DNA of 64,000 nucleotides from Calditrichales bacterium (GTDB lineage Bacteria; Calditrichota; Calditrichia; Calditrichales; J004): assembly GCA_965267575.1 (NCBI GenBank), contig OZ254086.1, positions 2,624,001 through 2,688,000 of the forward strand, read 5' to 3'. The position numbers and the translations under genes are program-made. Shown here piece after piece: positions 9,601-17,580 of the stretch (positions are counted from its first letter, which is position 1; each line of letters opens with the position of its first letter). The notes beneath the pieces were generated by a model that saw nothing but the letters and a program-made list of their open reading frames with translations, was not told the DNA's origin and made no database searches.

Positions 9601-11293
9601 CCTGGGCCGTGAAGAGTACGTGACGCGCATTGCCTCGCCTTTTGCAATCGCGGTCATTGGCGGACTGGCATTTGCCACCTTTTTTACACTTTTGTTTATA
9701 CCAACGGTGTACCAGGCGCTGGAGCAGACGCTGAGCTGGTTCAAGGGTCTGCGCTGGCCGCTGAAGGCGCTGCAGATCGGCGCGGTGGCGATCACAGGCA
9801 TATTGATTGCTGTTTACGTGGAAAGCCTGCTCTGGCAAATGCTCGATTTTACGCTGGTGCTGATGGCTATTCCCGGTTTAACCTGGTTTGCCCAAACCAG
9901 TCTGCGCCGTGCCCGTCCGGACTGGGCAACAGATCGCATCCGCATTGAGATACACAATGTCTACAAGCTTTACGATCTGCCCGGCCGCTTTTTGCGCGAA
10001 TGGCGACGTAAACGCGGACTGGAAGAGGAAACGACCAGCGAAGGCAGGGGTCTTTTCTGGCGCCGGCATGCGCTGCTTTGGCTGGCCCTTGCCGGCTGGG
10101 CCTGGTTCGTGCTGCTCTACCTGGAAAGCGCTTTTTGGACCTTTTTCTTCCTGCCGGTGCTGCATGCTCTGCTCTGGAAAACATGGAACACGCTGCCGCA
10201 ATTTAGAGGTCGGCGCTTTTTGGATCGCCTCATCTTTTGGGCTGTTCCGCTGGTCCTGCTGCTCTATTATATGTTTACATTTGAAGCATGGGTGTCCGGC
10301 GGACTGCTTTTTGTTCTATGGACGCTGGGTCTGGCCTGGGGCCGCAGTGCGCCCATTGCCGTGCAGCGTCTGGATCACTGGCAGCAAAAAAGCACGCGTC
10401 TGGCTTTCCTGATGCGCGGCTGGTACAGGCTTATCGGCAAGCTGCCCGGATCGGGGCGTTACCGCAAACCGTTTATGGCGCTAAAGGGTGTAACATTGGA
10501 AATCGGCAACGGCATGTTTGGTTTGCTTGGTCCCAACGGCGCCGGCAAAACCACGCTTATGCGCATCATCAGCGGCGTGCTGGAAGCAAGCTACGGGGCG
10601 GTGCGCATCAATGGCCACGATACCAGGCAATGGCGCGAGGAACTGCAGGGATTGATCGGCTACCTGCCGCAGGACTTTGGCATGTACGAGAATCTTTCGG
10701 CGCTGGAGTTTTTGAATTACCAGGCTATTCTTAAAGGTCTTTATGATGAGAAAGAGCGTCGCAAGCGCGTGGAATATGTGATCAACGCTGTGCACCTGTG
10801 GGAGCGGCGCGACGAAAAGATCTCCGGTTTCTCCGGCGGGATGAAACAGCGCATCGGTATTGCCCAGACCCTGCTGCACCTGCCACGCATCCTTGTGGTG
10901 GATGAGCCGACGGCCGGTCTGGACCCGCGCGAGCGTATCCGTTTCCGCAATTTGCTGGTGGAACTGAGCCGTGACCGGGCCGTTATCTTTTCCACGCACG
11001 TTATTGAAGATATCGCCAGCTCCTGCGACAAGGTGGCGGTGATGCACCGCGGTGAGTTGCGCTACCTGGGCCATCCCGAAGAGATGACGGCCAAGGCCGG
11101 GGGACACGTTTGGCAGGCCACCGTCAGCGAAGAGCATTTCGAAACGATTCGCAATACGCTTCACGTAATCCATCATATCCGCGTGGATGATGGCGTCCGC
11201 GTGCGTATTCTGCAGCAGGAAAAACCGCTGGAGCAGGCCATCGAAGTGGCACCCTCATTGGAAGATGCTTACCTCTGGCTGCTGAAGGTGTAG
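6641..11293 (+). CDS. RND permease fused to extra TM segments and a C-terminal ABC ATPase
   Basis: aa 1-~1030 is a full RND (GMLLDNSVVVLENI, RLRPIVIT). The C-terminus has Walker A GPNGAGKTT, GYLPQ, FSGGMKQR, Walker B ILVVDEPTAGLD and STH. One uninterrupted 1550-aa frame. Confidence 0.9.
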   Translation: MKKLFERRTLISMFFLGLALLGIISYRHLPMELLPSVEAPFLIIQVGSVRDADPYYLEREAIIPLEGAAAGLENVEKIESWAGRNRGTIYVYFPSRTDMTYAYLKLQERVNAVKADLEGDFFVETLKVDTQALSNMFMNLQVRGSGGTDRIRNIIDKSITPELETVDGIAHVEVFGGRSRSVSVVLDEGVTESYGITPSDVRRAIAGQRQQSQYVGNVRDRQLKASVHVVADYTTISALENIVVDEVRGLRLRDVADVYMDVMEEQSLSRVNGKEAVTMQIVRDTQTNLIALAGDTREVIDRLNRELAWQDIEIVIEQDMSAYLEENLDLILNLAITGGILAVLILWYFLRNLRLVTMIALALPLSVFTAFNLFYALGISLNTLSLAGMALAIGMLLDNSVVVLENIYRVAQRQKDVAQAVVTGVKQIARSVSAATLTTVAVFLPFVFAEQFFIRVIGYQIGMSIISTLLVSLVVALLLIPMAALYFMRRAGGSSRSLRFSLTSGRFLPFYNLLLKSTLRFPMRTILSMLALFFISLFISIAISLIVPDEVELEQFNLYLTMPPGATLEITDLAARDLEESLMKIEELQDVVSQVYEQEAVFTLKLKEEYRTVARRDVAGVKDLIQHIIWDFRIGDVSFTAPAGSQRFRGGGSRGGGGPEMDNGLMSMLGLGDNVGTITLSGSDYDAMHRFAEELEDQLWDLNAIRRVAHDATDNRPEVQLYFDRLLLARLGISLNNIATELASFESEVSSGVSFSDGEEQYDITIIKSNPEEEKRIDDLRALNIKAADGSSYPLERLAAPVMGEGRAGINRVNQERRIELSFQFVTEVNSSSALLDAARLEVEQIVDAMPLPEGVNLTIQHDKNDLNDFYFLFFLAFLLIYMILASTFESLLQPFIIMFTIPLAAIGGLWAIVITGHSLMNVNALIGFLILLGIVVNNGIIFIDYAGQLRRKGQRRERALLEAGQARLRPIVITALTTIAAMLPLALGREEYVTRIASPFAIAVIGGLAFATFFTLLFIPTVYQALEQTLSWFKGLRWPLKALQIGAVAITGILIAVYVESLLWQMLDFTLVLMAIPGLTWFAQTSLRRARPDWATDRIRIEIHNVYKLYDLPGRFLREWRRKRGLEEETTSEGRGLFWRRHALLWLALAGWAWFVLLYLESAFWTFFFLPVLHALLWKTWNTLPQFRGRRFLDRLIFWAVPLVLLLYYMFTFEAWVSGGLLFVLWTLGLAWGRSAPIAVQRLDHWQQKSTRLAFLMRGWYRLIGKLPGSGRYRKPFMALKGVTLEIGNGMFGLLGPNGAGKTTLMRIISGVLEASYGAVRINGHDTRQWREELQGLIGYLPQDFGMYENLSALEFLNYQAILKGLYDEKERRKRVEYVINAVHLWERRDEKISGFSGGMKQRIGIAQTLLHLPRILVVDEPTAGLDPRERIRFRNLLVELSRDRAVIFSTHVIEDIASSCDKVAVMHRGELRYLGHPEEMTAKAGGHVWQATVSEEHFETIRNTLHVIHHIRVDDGVRVRILQQEKPLEQAIEVAPSLEDAYLWLLKV

Positions 11294-11346
11294 AAAAACA
11301 ACGGGGGCTGAAAGCGGATGGTGAATTTGAAAAAGGTGAAACGGTA

Positions 11347-12051
11347 ATGAAACTAATCCGGCTGATCATTGATATAGTCCGCTACAATCTGAAGATAATT
11401 TTTGCCAACAAGTTTATTTATTTCATGCTGGCGGGTTTGGCGTTTTATCTGCTCATCGCGCTGGTCGGGCTGTTTGACGCGGAGTTTTTCCCTGAAACGG
11501 AGGATGTCTATTACACGCTGATGATGCCAGGCATACTGTTAATTTTCTATCCCACGGCTTTTGGTATCCAAAACGACAGTGACAGCCGCATGCTGGAGAT
11601 GTTGTTTGGTATTCCCGATTACCGCTACAAGGTCTGGCTGGTGCGCCTGCTGATCATAGTGGGTGTTGTTTTTATTATGCTTCTGATTCTTGCCGGGGCC
11701 AGCGTCTACCTTATCGTTCCAGTTGATGTAATGGAAATGACCGGACACGTTATTTTCCCGGTGATGTTTCTGGGCTGTCTCTCTTTTTTCATATCTACAC
11801 TGGTGCGCAACGGCAACGGCACCGCCGCGGTGATGGTGGCCATCGGCATGGGCTTTTGGATCTCCATTGCCTTTATCGAACACAGCCAGTGGAATATTTT
11901 CCTCAATCCTTATGACTTCCCGCGTGATGCGCTGATCACGGTTTGGGAAGATACGGTTCTGTACAACCGCATTTTTCTTGCAGCCATGTCTGTGCTCGCC
12001 GTTTTGGGCGGATTGTTGCGGTTGCAGAAACGGGAGAAGTTTGTGTCGTGA
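11347..12051 (+). CDS. ABC-2-type permease-like membrane protein
   Basis: 234 aa, ~6 TM segments, DSDSRMLEMLFGIP loop resembling ABC-2 permeases; follows the ABC ATPase fusion. Confidence 0.7.
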   Translation: MKLIRLIIDIVRYNLKIIFANKFIYFMLAGLAFYLLIALVGLFDAEFFPETEDVYYTLMMPGILLIFYPTAFGIQNDSDSRMLEMLFGIPDYRYKVWLVRLLIIVGVVFIMLLILAGASVYLIVPVDVMEMTGHVIFPVMFLGCLSFFISTLVRNGNGTAAVMVAIGMGFWISIAFIEHSQWNIFLNPYDFPRDALITVWEDTVLYNRIFLAAMSVLAVLGGLLRLQKREKFVS

Positions 12052-12071
12052 TGGTGGTGGTAGCGTTTGGA

Positions 12072-12200
12072 AGTCTTGAGGTCGTGAAGTCATGAAGTCA
12101 TGATGGATATGTGTCCTGTCATTCCTGCGCATGCAGGAATCCATCGTACCTTGTCTTTGTCCCGAACGTTGTGTGGCAATTCCGCCTTTGCTGGAATGAC
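12072..12200. repeat. 8-bp periodic tract plus inverted GTCATTCC REP pair
   Basis: AGTCTTGA GGTCGTGA AGTCATGA AGTCATGA, then GTCATTCCTGCGCATGCAGGAATCCA (12118) ... GGAATGAC (12200). Confidence 0.85.
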
Positions 12201-12322
12201 TCTGCCCGGGATTGTGCTCGCAAAGTTTAATCCCGGACAATTACAATCGTGTCACCAATTTGAATATTTTGTTAAAAACGGTCGCTATATTACTTTAAAG
12301 TAAAACAACCAGCGAGGCCGCC

Positions 12323-13282
12323 ATGTTTATCAAAAAGCCCTCCGATGTAAAAAGCTCCGAGATCACCCGTGAAGAGGATTATTTTAACCGTCGCAAATTT
12401 ATGAAGTTTTCCGCGCTGGGAGCAGGTTCTGCTTTGTTAGGGCCTTATTCGCGTCTGCTGGCGTTTACACAATCGGAAAAAACCTCGCCTATAAAACAGG
12501 ATATTTCCAAGAGCCGCTTTAGCAGCGATGAGGAGCTGAACGACTGGGAAGACATCACCACCTATAACAATTTTTACGAATTCGGTACGGCAAAGGACGA
12601 TCCCTCCGAAAACGCGCACACGCTGCAAACCAAACCGTGGACCGTGGAGGTAAGCGGCGCATGCGCCAAGCCCGGCACCTTTGGCGTGGACGACCTGATC
12701 AAAGAGAGCGAGCTGGAAGAACGCATCTACCGCCTGCGCTGCGTTGAGGCCTGGAGCATGGTGATTCCCTGGGTGGGCGTGGAGCTTAAAAAAGTGCTGG
12801 ATCGTTTTGAACCCACGTCAAAAGCGAAGTTTGTGGAGTTCACTACTCTGTACGATCCCAAGCAGATGCCGGGACAGAAGTGGCCCGTTTTACAATGGCC
12901 CTATGTGGAAGGTTTGCGTATGGATGAAGCCAACCACCCGCTTTCGATTTTTGCTGTCGGGCTGTATGGCCGCATTCTGCCCAACCAAAACGGCGCCCCG
13001 ATTCGTCTGGTCGTCCCCTGGAAATACGGTTTTAAAAGCATTAAATCGATTGTGAAAATCCGCTTTACGGAAAAGATGCCTGCCACCACCTGGAATATTG
13101 CCGCGCCCAACGAGTACGGATTCTATGCCAACGTCAACCCCAACGTGGACCACCCGCGCTGGAGCCAGGCCCGTGAGCGCCGCCTGGGAGAATTCTTTAA
13201 ACGCGACACGATTATGTTTAACGGTTACGGCGAGCAGGTGGCCGGTTTGTACAAGGGCATGGATTTAAAGAAATGGTTTTAA
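12323..13282 (+). CDS. msrP: Protein-methionine-sulfoxide reductase catalytic subunit
   Basis: Tat motif [40 protein letters not shown]. Confidence 0.97.
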   Translation: MFIKKPSDVKSSEITREEDYFNRRKFMKFSALGAGSALLGPYSRLLAFTQSEKTSPIKQDISKSRFSSDEELNDWEDITTYNNFYEFGTAKDDPSENAHTLQTKPWTVEVSGACAKPGTFGVDDLIKESELEERIYRLRCVEAWSMVIPWVGVELKKVLDRFEPTSKAKFVEFTTLYDPKQMPGQKWPVLQWPYVEGLRMDEANHPLSIFAVGLYGRILPNQNGAPIRLVVPWKYGFKSIKSIVKIRFTEKMPATTWNIAAPNEYGFYANVNPNVDHPRWSQARERRLGEFFKRDTIMFNGYGEQVAGLYKGMDLKKWF

Positions 13283-13368
13283 ACATTGTGCTAGCGTGTT
13301 ATGGTGTTTGCGTGTTAAAGTGCTAAACCAAATCTCAACTCAATAAAATTCTTAATCAAGAAACCCCA

Positions 13369-13962
13369 ATGAAAACCGCCAAGACTCTTCTTTTTCTCTC
13401 CTCGCTGGGACCGCTCTTCTACCTGCTGTGGGGCGTTTTTACCGATAATCTCGGCGCGAATCCCATAGAAAATATACTGCATACCACCGGCTGGTGGGCG
13501 CTGTTTTTTCTGATTATCACCCTGGTTATTACACCCTTGAGAAAAATCAGCGGCTGGAATAAGCTGATCCGTTTCCGGCGCATGCTGGGCCTGTTTGGAT
13601 TTTTCTACGCCACGCTGCACTTTGGCGTTTACTTGGGACTGGACCGTCTGCTGGAGTGGAGCGAGATCGTGAAGGATTTGTCCAAACGGCCCTACATTAC
13701 CGTGGGTTTTACGGCCTGGCTGTTGTTGATCCCGCTGGCCATTACCTCCACCAAAGGATGGATACGGCGGTTGGGCAAACGTTGGCAAAAGCTGCACCGG
13801 ATTGTCTACATCAGCGCCCTGGGCGGGGTTGTGCATTTCTGGTGGCTGGTAAAAGCGGATATCTTTGAGCCGCTGCTGTTTGGCCTGGCCTGGGCTGTGC
13901 TTATGCTGGCGCGGCTGTGGTTTAAACGCAGCCGGAAGCGGAAGGAGAAGGTGGCGGTTTGA
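13369..13962 (+). CDS. msrQ: Protein-methionine-sulfoxide reductase heme-binding subunit
   Basis: RRMLGL, FYATLH, KRPYITVG, WQKLHRIVY; follows msrP. Confidence 0.96.
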   Translation: MKTAKTLLFLSSLGPLFYLLWGVFTDNLGANPIENILHTTGWWALFFLIITLVITPLRKISGWNKLIRFRRMLGLFGFFYATLHFGVYLGLDRLLEWSEIVKDLSKRPYITVGFTAWLLLIPLAITSTKGWIRRLGKRWQKLHRIVYISALGGVVHFWWLVKADIFEPLLFGLAWAVLMLARLWFKRSRKRKEKVAV

Positions 13963-13986
13963 ATTTTATAGCAAGAAAGAAGGAGT

Positions 13987-14130
13987 ATGCAAAAACGCAA
14001 CGTCATTGAATCTGTGAAAAATAATTTCCTTAAGTATAAAGCAATTGTAAGAAACAAATCCATAGATTTGCGCGCCGCAAGGGAGAAGGTGCGCAGTATA
14101 ATAGCTGAAAAATATAAAGGCAAAAGGTAA
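13987..14130 (+). CDS. 47-aa basic small protein, probable antitoxin or antitoxin remnant
   Basis: Not in the ORF track. AAGGAG close before the ATG; MQKRNVIESVKNNFLKYKAIVRNKSIDLRAAREKVRSIIAEKYKGKR; directly precedes a PIN remnant. Confidence 0.5.
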   Translation: MQKRNVIESVKNNFLKYKAIVRNKSIDLRAAREKVRSIIAEKYKGKR

Positions 14131-14132
14131 AA

Positions 14133-14254
14133 GACTTTGGTGATGCGGTCCTGGCGGCAGCGTCACTTTCAACTAATCCCCAATTTATACATTTGATAAA
14201 AAATTATCACGGCAGCTGAAGTCTATAAAATGCAGTCACTGCTTGCTGTCTTGA
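14133..14254 (+). pseudogene. C-terminal remnant of a PIN/VapC toxin (truncated and frameshifted)
   Basis: DFGDAVLAAASLSTN (14133-14177), frameshift, then PIYTFDKKLSRQLK (from 14180): the PIN C-terminal DF.D...TFD motif. The N-terminal part is missing. Confidence 0.7.
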
Positions 14255-14297
14255 TGTCTTTTTGCGGTGCATGCTGTGCGGCTCGCAATATACATAA

Positions 14298-14452
14298 AAC
14301 CGATAAATCGGTTCGCTGGTCCGCAACCATCCGGCAAACCCCATGACTGAAGTCATGGGTTAAAAAATGCAGTATCAATAAAACCGTTAACCGACTACTT
14401 AAAAATCGTGGGCAGAAAAACACGGAAGATTAAGAGAACCGATTCATCAGTT
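14298..14452. repeat. Inverted composite palindromic element (AACCGATNNATCGGTT plus CCCATGACTGAAGTCATGGG family)
   Basis: Hairpins at 14298-14313 and ~14340-14360, a degenerate copy at ~14387-14412 and another at ~14437-14452; same family at 29501 and 62525. Confidence 0.8.
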
Positions 14453-14470
14453 TTCCTGCTCGATAGCACC

Positions 14471-17400
14471 TTACCTCATCAAGTACTCCAACACACCCTT
14501 CATAACTGCGTTGCGGTGGTGCTGGCCTCTGATGGTTTCAAAGGGAAAGCCAAAGGCCACAATACCATATTCATTTTTGTAAGCCGTGGCGGCGCTGAAG
14601 CCGTTTTCTTCATAACGCAAAATAGTGCGCGCACCGTTGGCAGGACCAATGGCATCGGGCGCTTCCACGCGGTAGATCTCGGCGTCGTAGTCCGTGTTAA
14701 ATGCGAATTTTCCCGGTAGCACAATCAGGCTGTCCGTACCATGGGCCGGAACGATGCCGCCTGTTTTTACGGCATGGTTGGTTACCCAGAAATAGCGCAG
14801 GATCTCCGTGGCAAACAGCGGGTCGGGATAAGGCTGCTTTGCCCGGGCAAACAGGTCGCTGGCAATGTAAGCGCCACTCACAAACAGGTTTCCGCCGCCT
14901 GAGAGATAGGAGCGCAAAGCCCGTTTCATCTGTTCGGGGAAGGTTTTGTAAGAGGTGCCGTAGAGCGAATCCATTTCGGCGCGCACATGGCGCGTTTCCT
15001 TCTCCTCGCCCATGATCAGGTCGATTACCGGGTAGTCCGAGGCATCAAAGTCGTTTTCCTGGAACGTCTCATCGCTCATGGAGACAAAGCCGTAGCCCGC
15101 TGCGCGGATCGCCTGTCCATGCACGTAAGGATACTCAAAACGGTTACCGGCAAAAACCTGCGTCTCCACGTCGGCGTAACTGGCGCCGTGTCCCGGCCGG
15201 TCATCACTTTGCCAGGGCTGGTCGCGCCAAAAGTTGAACTGCTCACCGACGTGGCCCAGGTCGTATTTATCGGGCACGCCGTTATCCAGGAAATAGGCAA
15301 ACCCCTGGAAGTTGTTTTCGTTGATCACCTGCGGAGCGGCCACGCGATCAAAGCCATTTACGACCAGCAGTGTTGGCGCGTCCGGCACGCGACAGACGCT
15401 CAGTACCTCGCTTGGAAAACTCTCGCCGCCTTCATTCAAAGCCGTCACTTTAAAGCTGTATAAAACGTTGGGCTCAAGATTGTCAATAACCAGCCCGCTA
15501 GAATCAACGGTCATCCCATTATCCCAACCGCCGTCTTCCACACGCCGGTATACGCGATAGCGTTTGGCTTCCGCGCTTGGTTCGATCGGGTCGCTGACCG
15601 GCTTCCAGCTTAAGCGCAGACTTCCGTCATCTTGAAACAGGGCGCTGAAATGATCCGGCGGTAAGGGCTGCACCACGTATTCGCGGCCTTCCTGGCCGGC
15701 GATAAAGCGCAGCAACGCTTTGTAAATGGAGCGCGAGGCGTCAAAACGGAATTTGGGATCAAGAGCGAAACGCATATCAAAAAAGTTCTGGTGCGAAAGC
15801 AGCTCCAGCAGCGCGGCCGGTACGTTGGGCCGGAAGGCTTCGCTGTATTGGGCTTCGCGCAATGCCCGCCGCCGCCATATGGGATCATACAGGGCGCGTA
15901 GGTCTTCGGTGAGCTGGGTCTGTAGAATGTCAGAAAAATCTCGGCTGGCCAGGCGCGACACGCCGTTGGGGAATTCCTCTTCGCCCTCGGAGCCGGTGAG
16001 GCTATAAATCAGCAATGTGCCAATGGTGGTGTCCTGCACAGTCACCCCGGCATCGGTGTGAAAAGCCAGCGAGGCATCGATGGGAATTTTAAGGCCCGGC
16101 ACGTCACGATTCACGTTGGGACCGCCCGGTGCGCCCTGCATATAATTAACCCACTCGCCGCGGCTTTGGTAATCGTCGCGGTAGTCGCTGTTTTCATTGA
16201 GATTGTAAACCAGGGTATCGGGGAAGCCTGCCGTTTGCAGCCAATAGCGGCTGCCTTCCACAAATTGCGGCCGGCCACTGGCACGATCGTTACGCAGCAC
16301 ACTGCCCATACCGCCGCCAAATTTCACGGCATCGGCAGCAACGGCGCCGCCAACCGTGTTGCTTTCGTTGCTTAAATGAACGCGACCCTGCTGTGGGTTA
16401 AAACCTTTTGCAAAATGGAATGTGCCCAGGTAAATCCAGGTGCCACCGCCCATCTGCTGGTTAACGCGGAACGCTGTTTTGCCGCCGCTATGGTGCACGG
16501 TGTAACGGGCGTCCGGAATATTTTGCGGGTGCGCCGGGTATGAAACATACACTGCGTACCAACCGCTGTCCGGGATGGCCGGGATGTAGTCGATGGAAGA
16601 GGACTCGACACTGTCGCTCGGTGCCAGCCGTGCGCTGCCGCTTTGGAATGGATTGAAGTTGACGGGGTAAGGCGGTGTGCCGATGGCGTATCCCGGGCCG
16701 GGCGCGTTTTGCCAGAGCTTGCCGTTTTCAAAGCGGTTTTCGCGGTAGCCGCCGGCCGGGTGACCGCTTTGCAGCGAATCATTATCTATGATTACCGCGT
16801 GGGTTTGCAGATCGCGTTCACGGGGTACAAAAGCATTTGCTCCGGCGTTTTCCAGCATGGGCAGCAGGTAGGGTAACACAAACGAGGCCGGTAAAAGGTC
16901 CTCTACCAGGCCAAACAGTCGCGCCCGTTGCCACAGCCAGCGGTCCATATCGGCGTTGTAATACCAGCCGTGGCTGTGCCATAACGCCACGTGGTTGCCG
17001 CTGAGACCTTTGTCAAAAGCCAGGTCGCGGCTCAGGTTGTACACCAAAGGAATTTGCTTTTCCGGCGGCCCGATACGGCTGCTGTCAATGGCGTTTTCTT
17101 CGCGATAGTAGTTGGGTATCAGCTGCTCAATGGGGTGGCCAAGGCTGCGCAGGGCAATCGAATAATTGTCGTAATCATCGATGGTCTTGCGCAGTTCGCT
17201 GTAAATGTCGCGCACGTTATCTTCACGGAACGGCAGGTACGAAAAAGCCTTGTTCAGGTCGATCTGAATGTGCCTGGCCTGCGCGTCGATGCGTATGCTG
17301 TCAATACGGGTACCAAGTGGAACAGCGACGGGGTATTCATTTTGCGCGCTGAACCATAAAAACTCTTCAACAGAGCGGTGCAGCTCACGGGTTTGTTCGT

Positions 17401-17503
17401 CCATGCCTGTATAGTCGTAGCTGGGCGCCTTTTTAACCCATTCAGGCTGGCAGGCAATAAAAAAGGCAATAAAGCTAAGAAAAAGGATTAGTTTCTGTTT
17501 CAT
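14471..17503 (-). CDS. Lipoprotein with Amidase_3-like domain, inserted golvesin/CBD-like domain and FN3 (often labelled xanthan lyase)
   Basis: Lipobox FIA-C; WHSHG, VEDL, SLAFHTDA and LLELLSHQN amidase-like motifs; ARYTVHHSGG...ADAVKFGG golvesin domain; LSWKP...YSFKVTALNEGGES FN3. Confidence 0.8.
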   Translation of the reverse strand: MKQKLILFLSFIAFFIACQPEWVKKAPSYDYTGMDEQTRELHRSVEEFLWFSAQNEYPVAVPLGTRIDSIRIDAQARHIQIDLNKAFSYLPFREDNVRDIYSELRKTIDDYDNYSIALRSLGHPIEQLIPNYYREENAIDSSRIGPPEKQIPLVYNLSRDLAFDKGLSGNHVALWHSHGWYYNADMDRWLWQRARLFGLVEDLLPASFVLPYLLPMLENAGANAFVPRERDLQTHAVIIDNDSLQSGHPAGGYRENRFENGKLWQNAPGPGYAIGTPPYPVNFNPFQSGSARLAPSDSVESSSIDYIPAIPDSGWYAVYVSYPAHPQNIPDARYTVHHSGGKTAFRVNQQMGGGTWIYLGTFHFAKGFNPQQGRVHLSNESNTVGGAVAADAVKFGGGMGSVLRNDRASGRPQFVEGSRYWLQTAGFPDTLVYNLNENSDYRDDYQSRGEWVNYMQGAPGGPNVNRDVPGLKIPIDASLAFHTDAGVTVQDTTIGTLLIYSLTGSEGEEEFPNGVSRLASRDFSDILQTQLTEDLRALYDPIWRRRALREAQYSEAFRPNVPAALLELLSHQNFFDMRFALDPKFRFDASRSIYKALLRFIAGQEGREYVVQPLPPDHFSALFQDDGSLRLSWKPVSDPIEPSAEAKRYRVYRRVEDGGWDNGMTVDSSGLVIDNLEPNVLYSFKVTALNEGGESFPSEVLSVCRVPDAPTLLVVNGFDRVAAPQVINENNFQGFAYFLDNGVPDKYDLGHVGEQFNFWRDQPWQSDDRPGHGASYADVETQVFAGNRFEYPYVHGQAIRAAGYGFVSMSDETFQENDFDASDYPVIDLIMGEEKETRHVRAEMDSLYGTSYKTFPEQMKRALRSYLSGGGNLFVSGAYIASDLFARAKQPYPDPLFATEILRYFWVTNHAVKTGGIVPAHGTDSLIVLPGKFAFNTDYDAEIYRVEAPDAIGPANGARTILRYEENGFSAATAYKNEYGIVAFGFPFETIRGQHHRNAVMKGVLEYLMR

Positions 17504-17580
17504 AACGAGGCCGTTTATTTTTGAATGAATTAAAAAGTTTACTAAAATTCAAAAAACATTCAAACCATAAAATATAAGTT

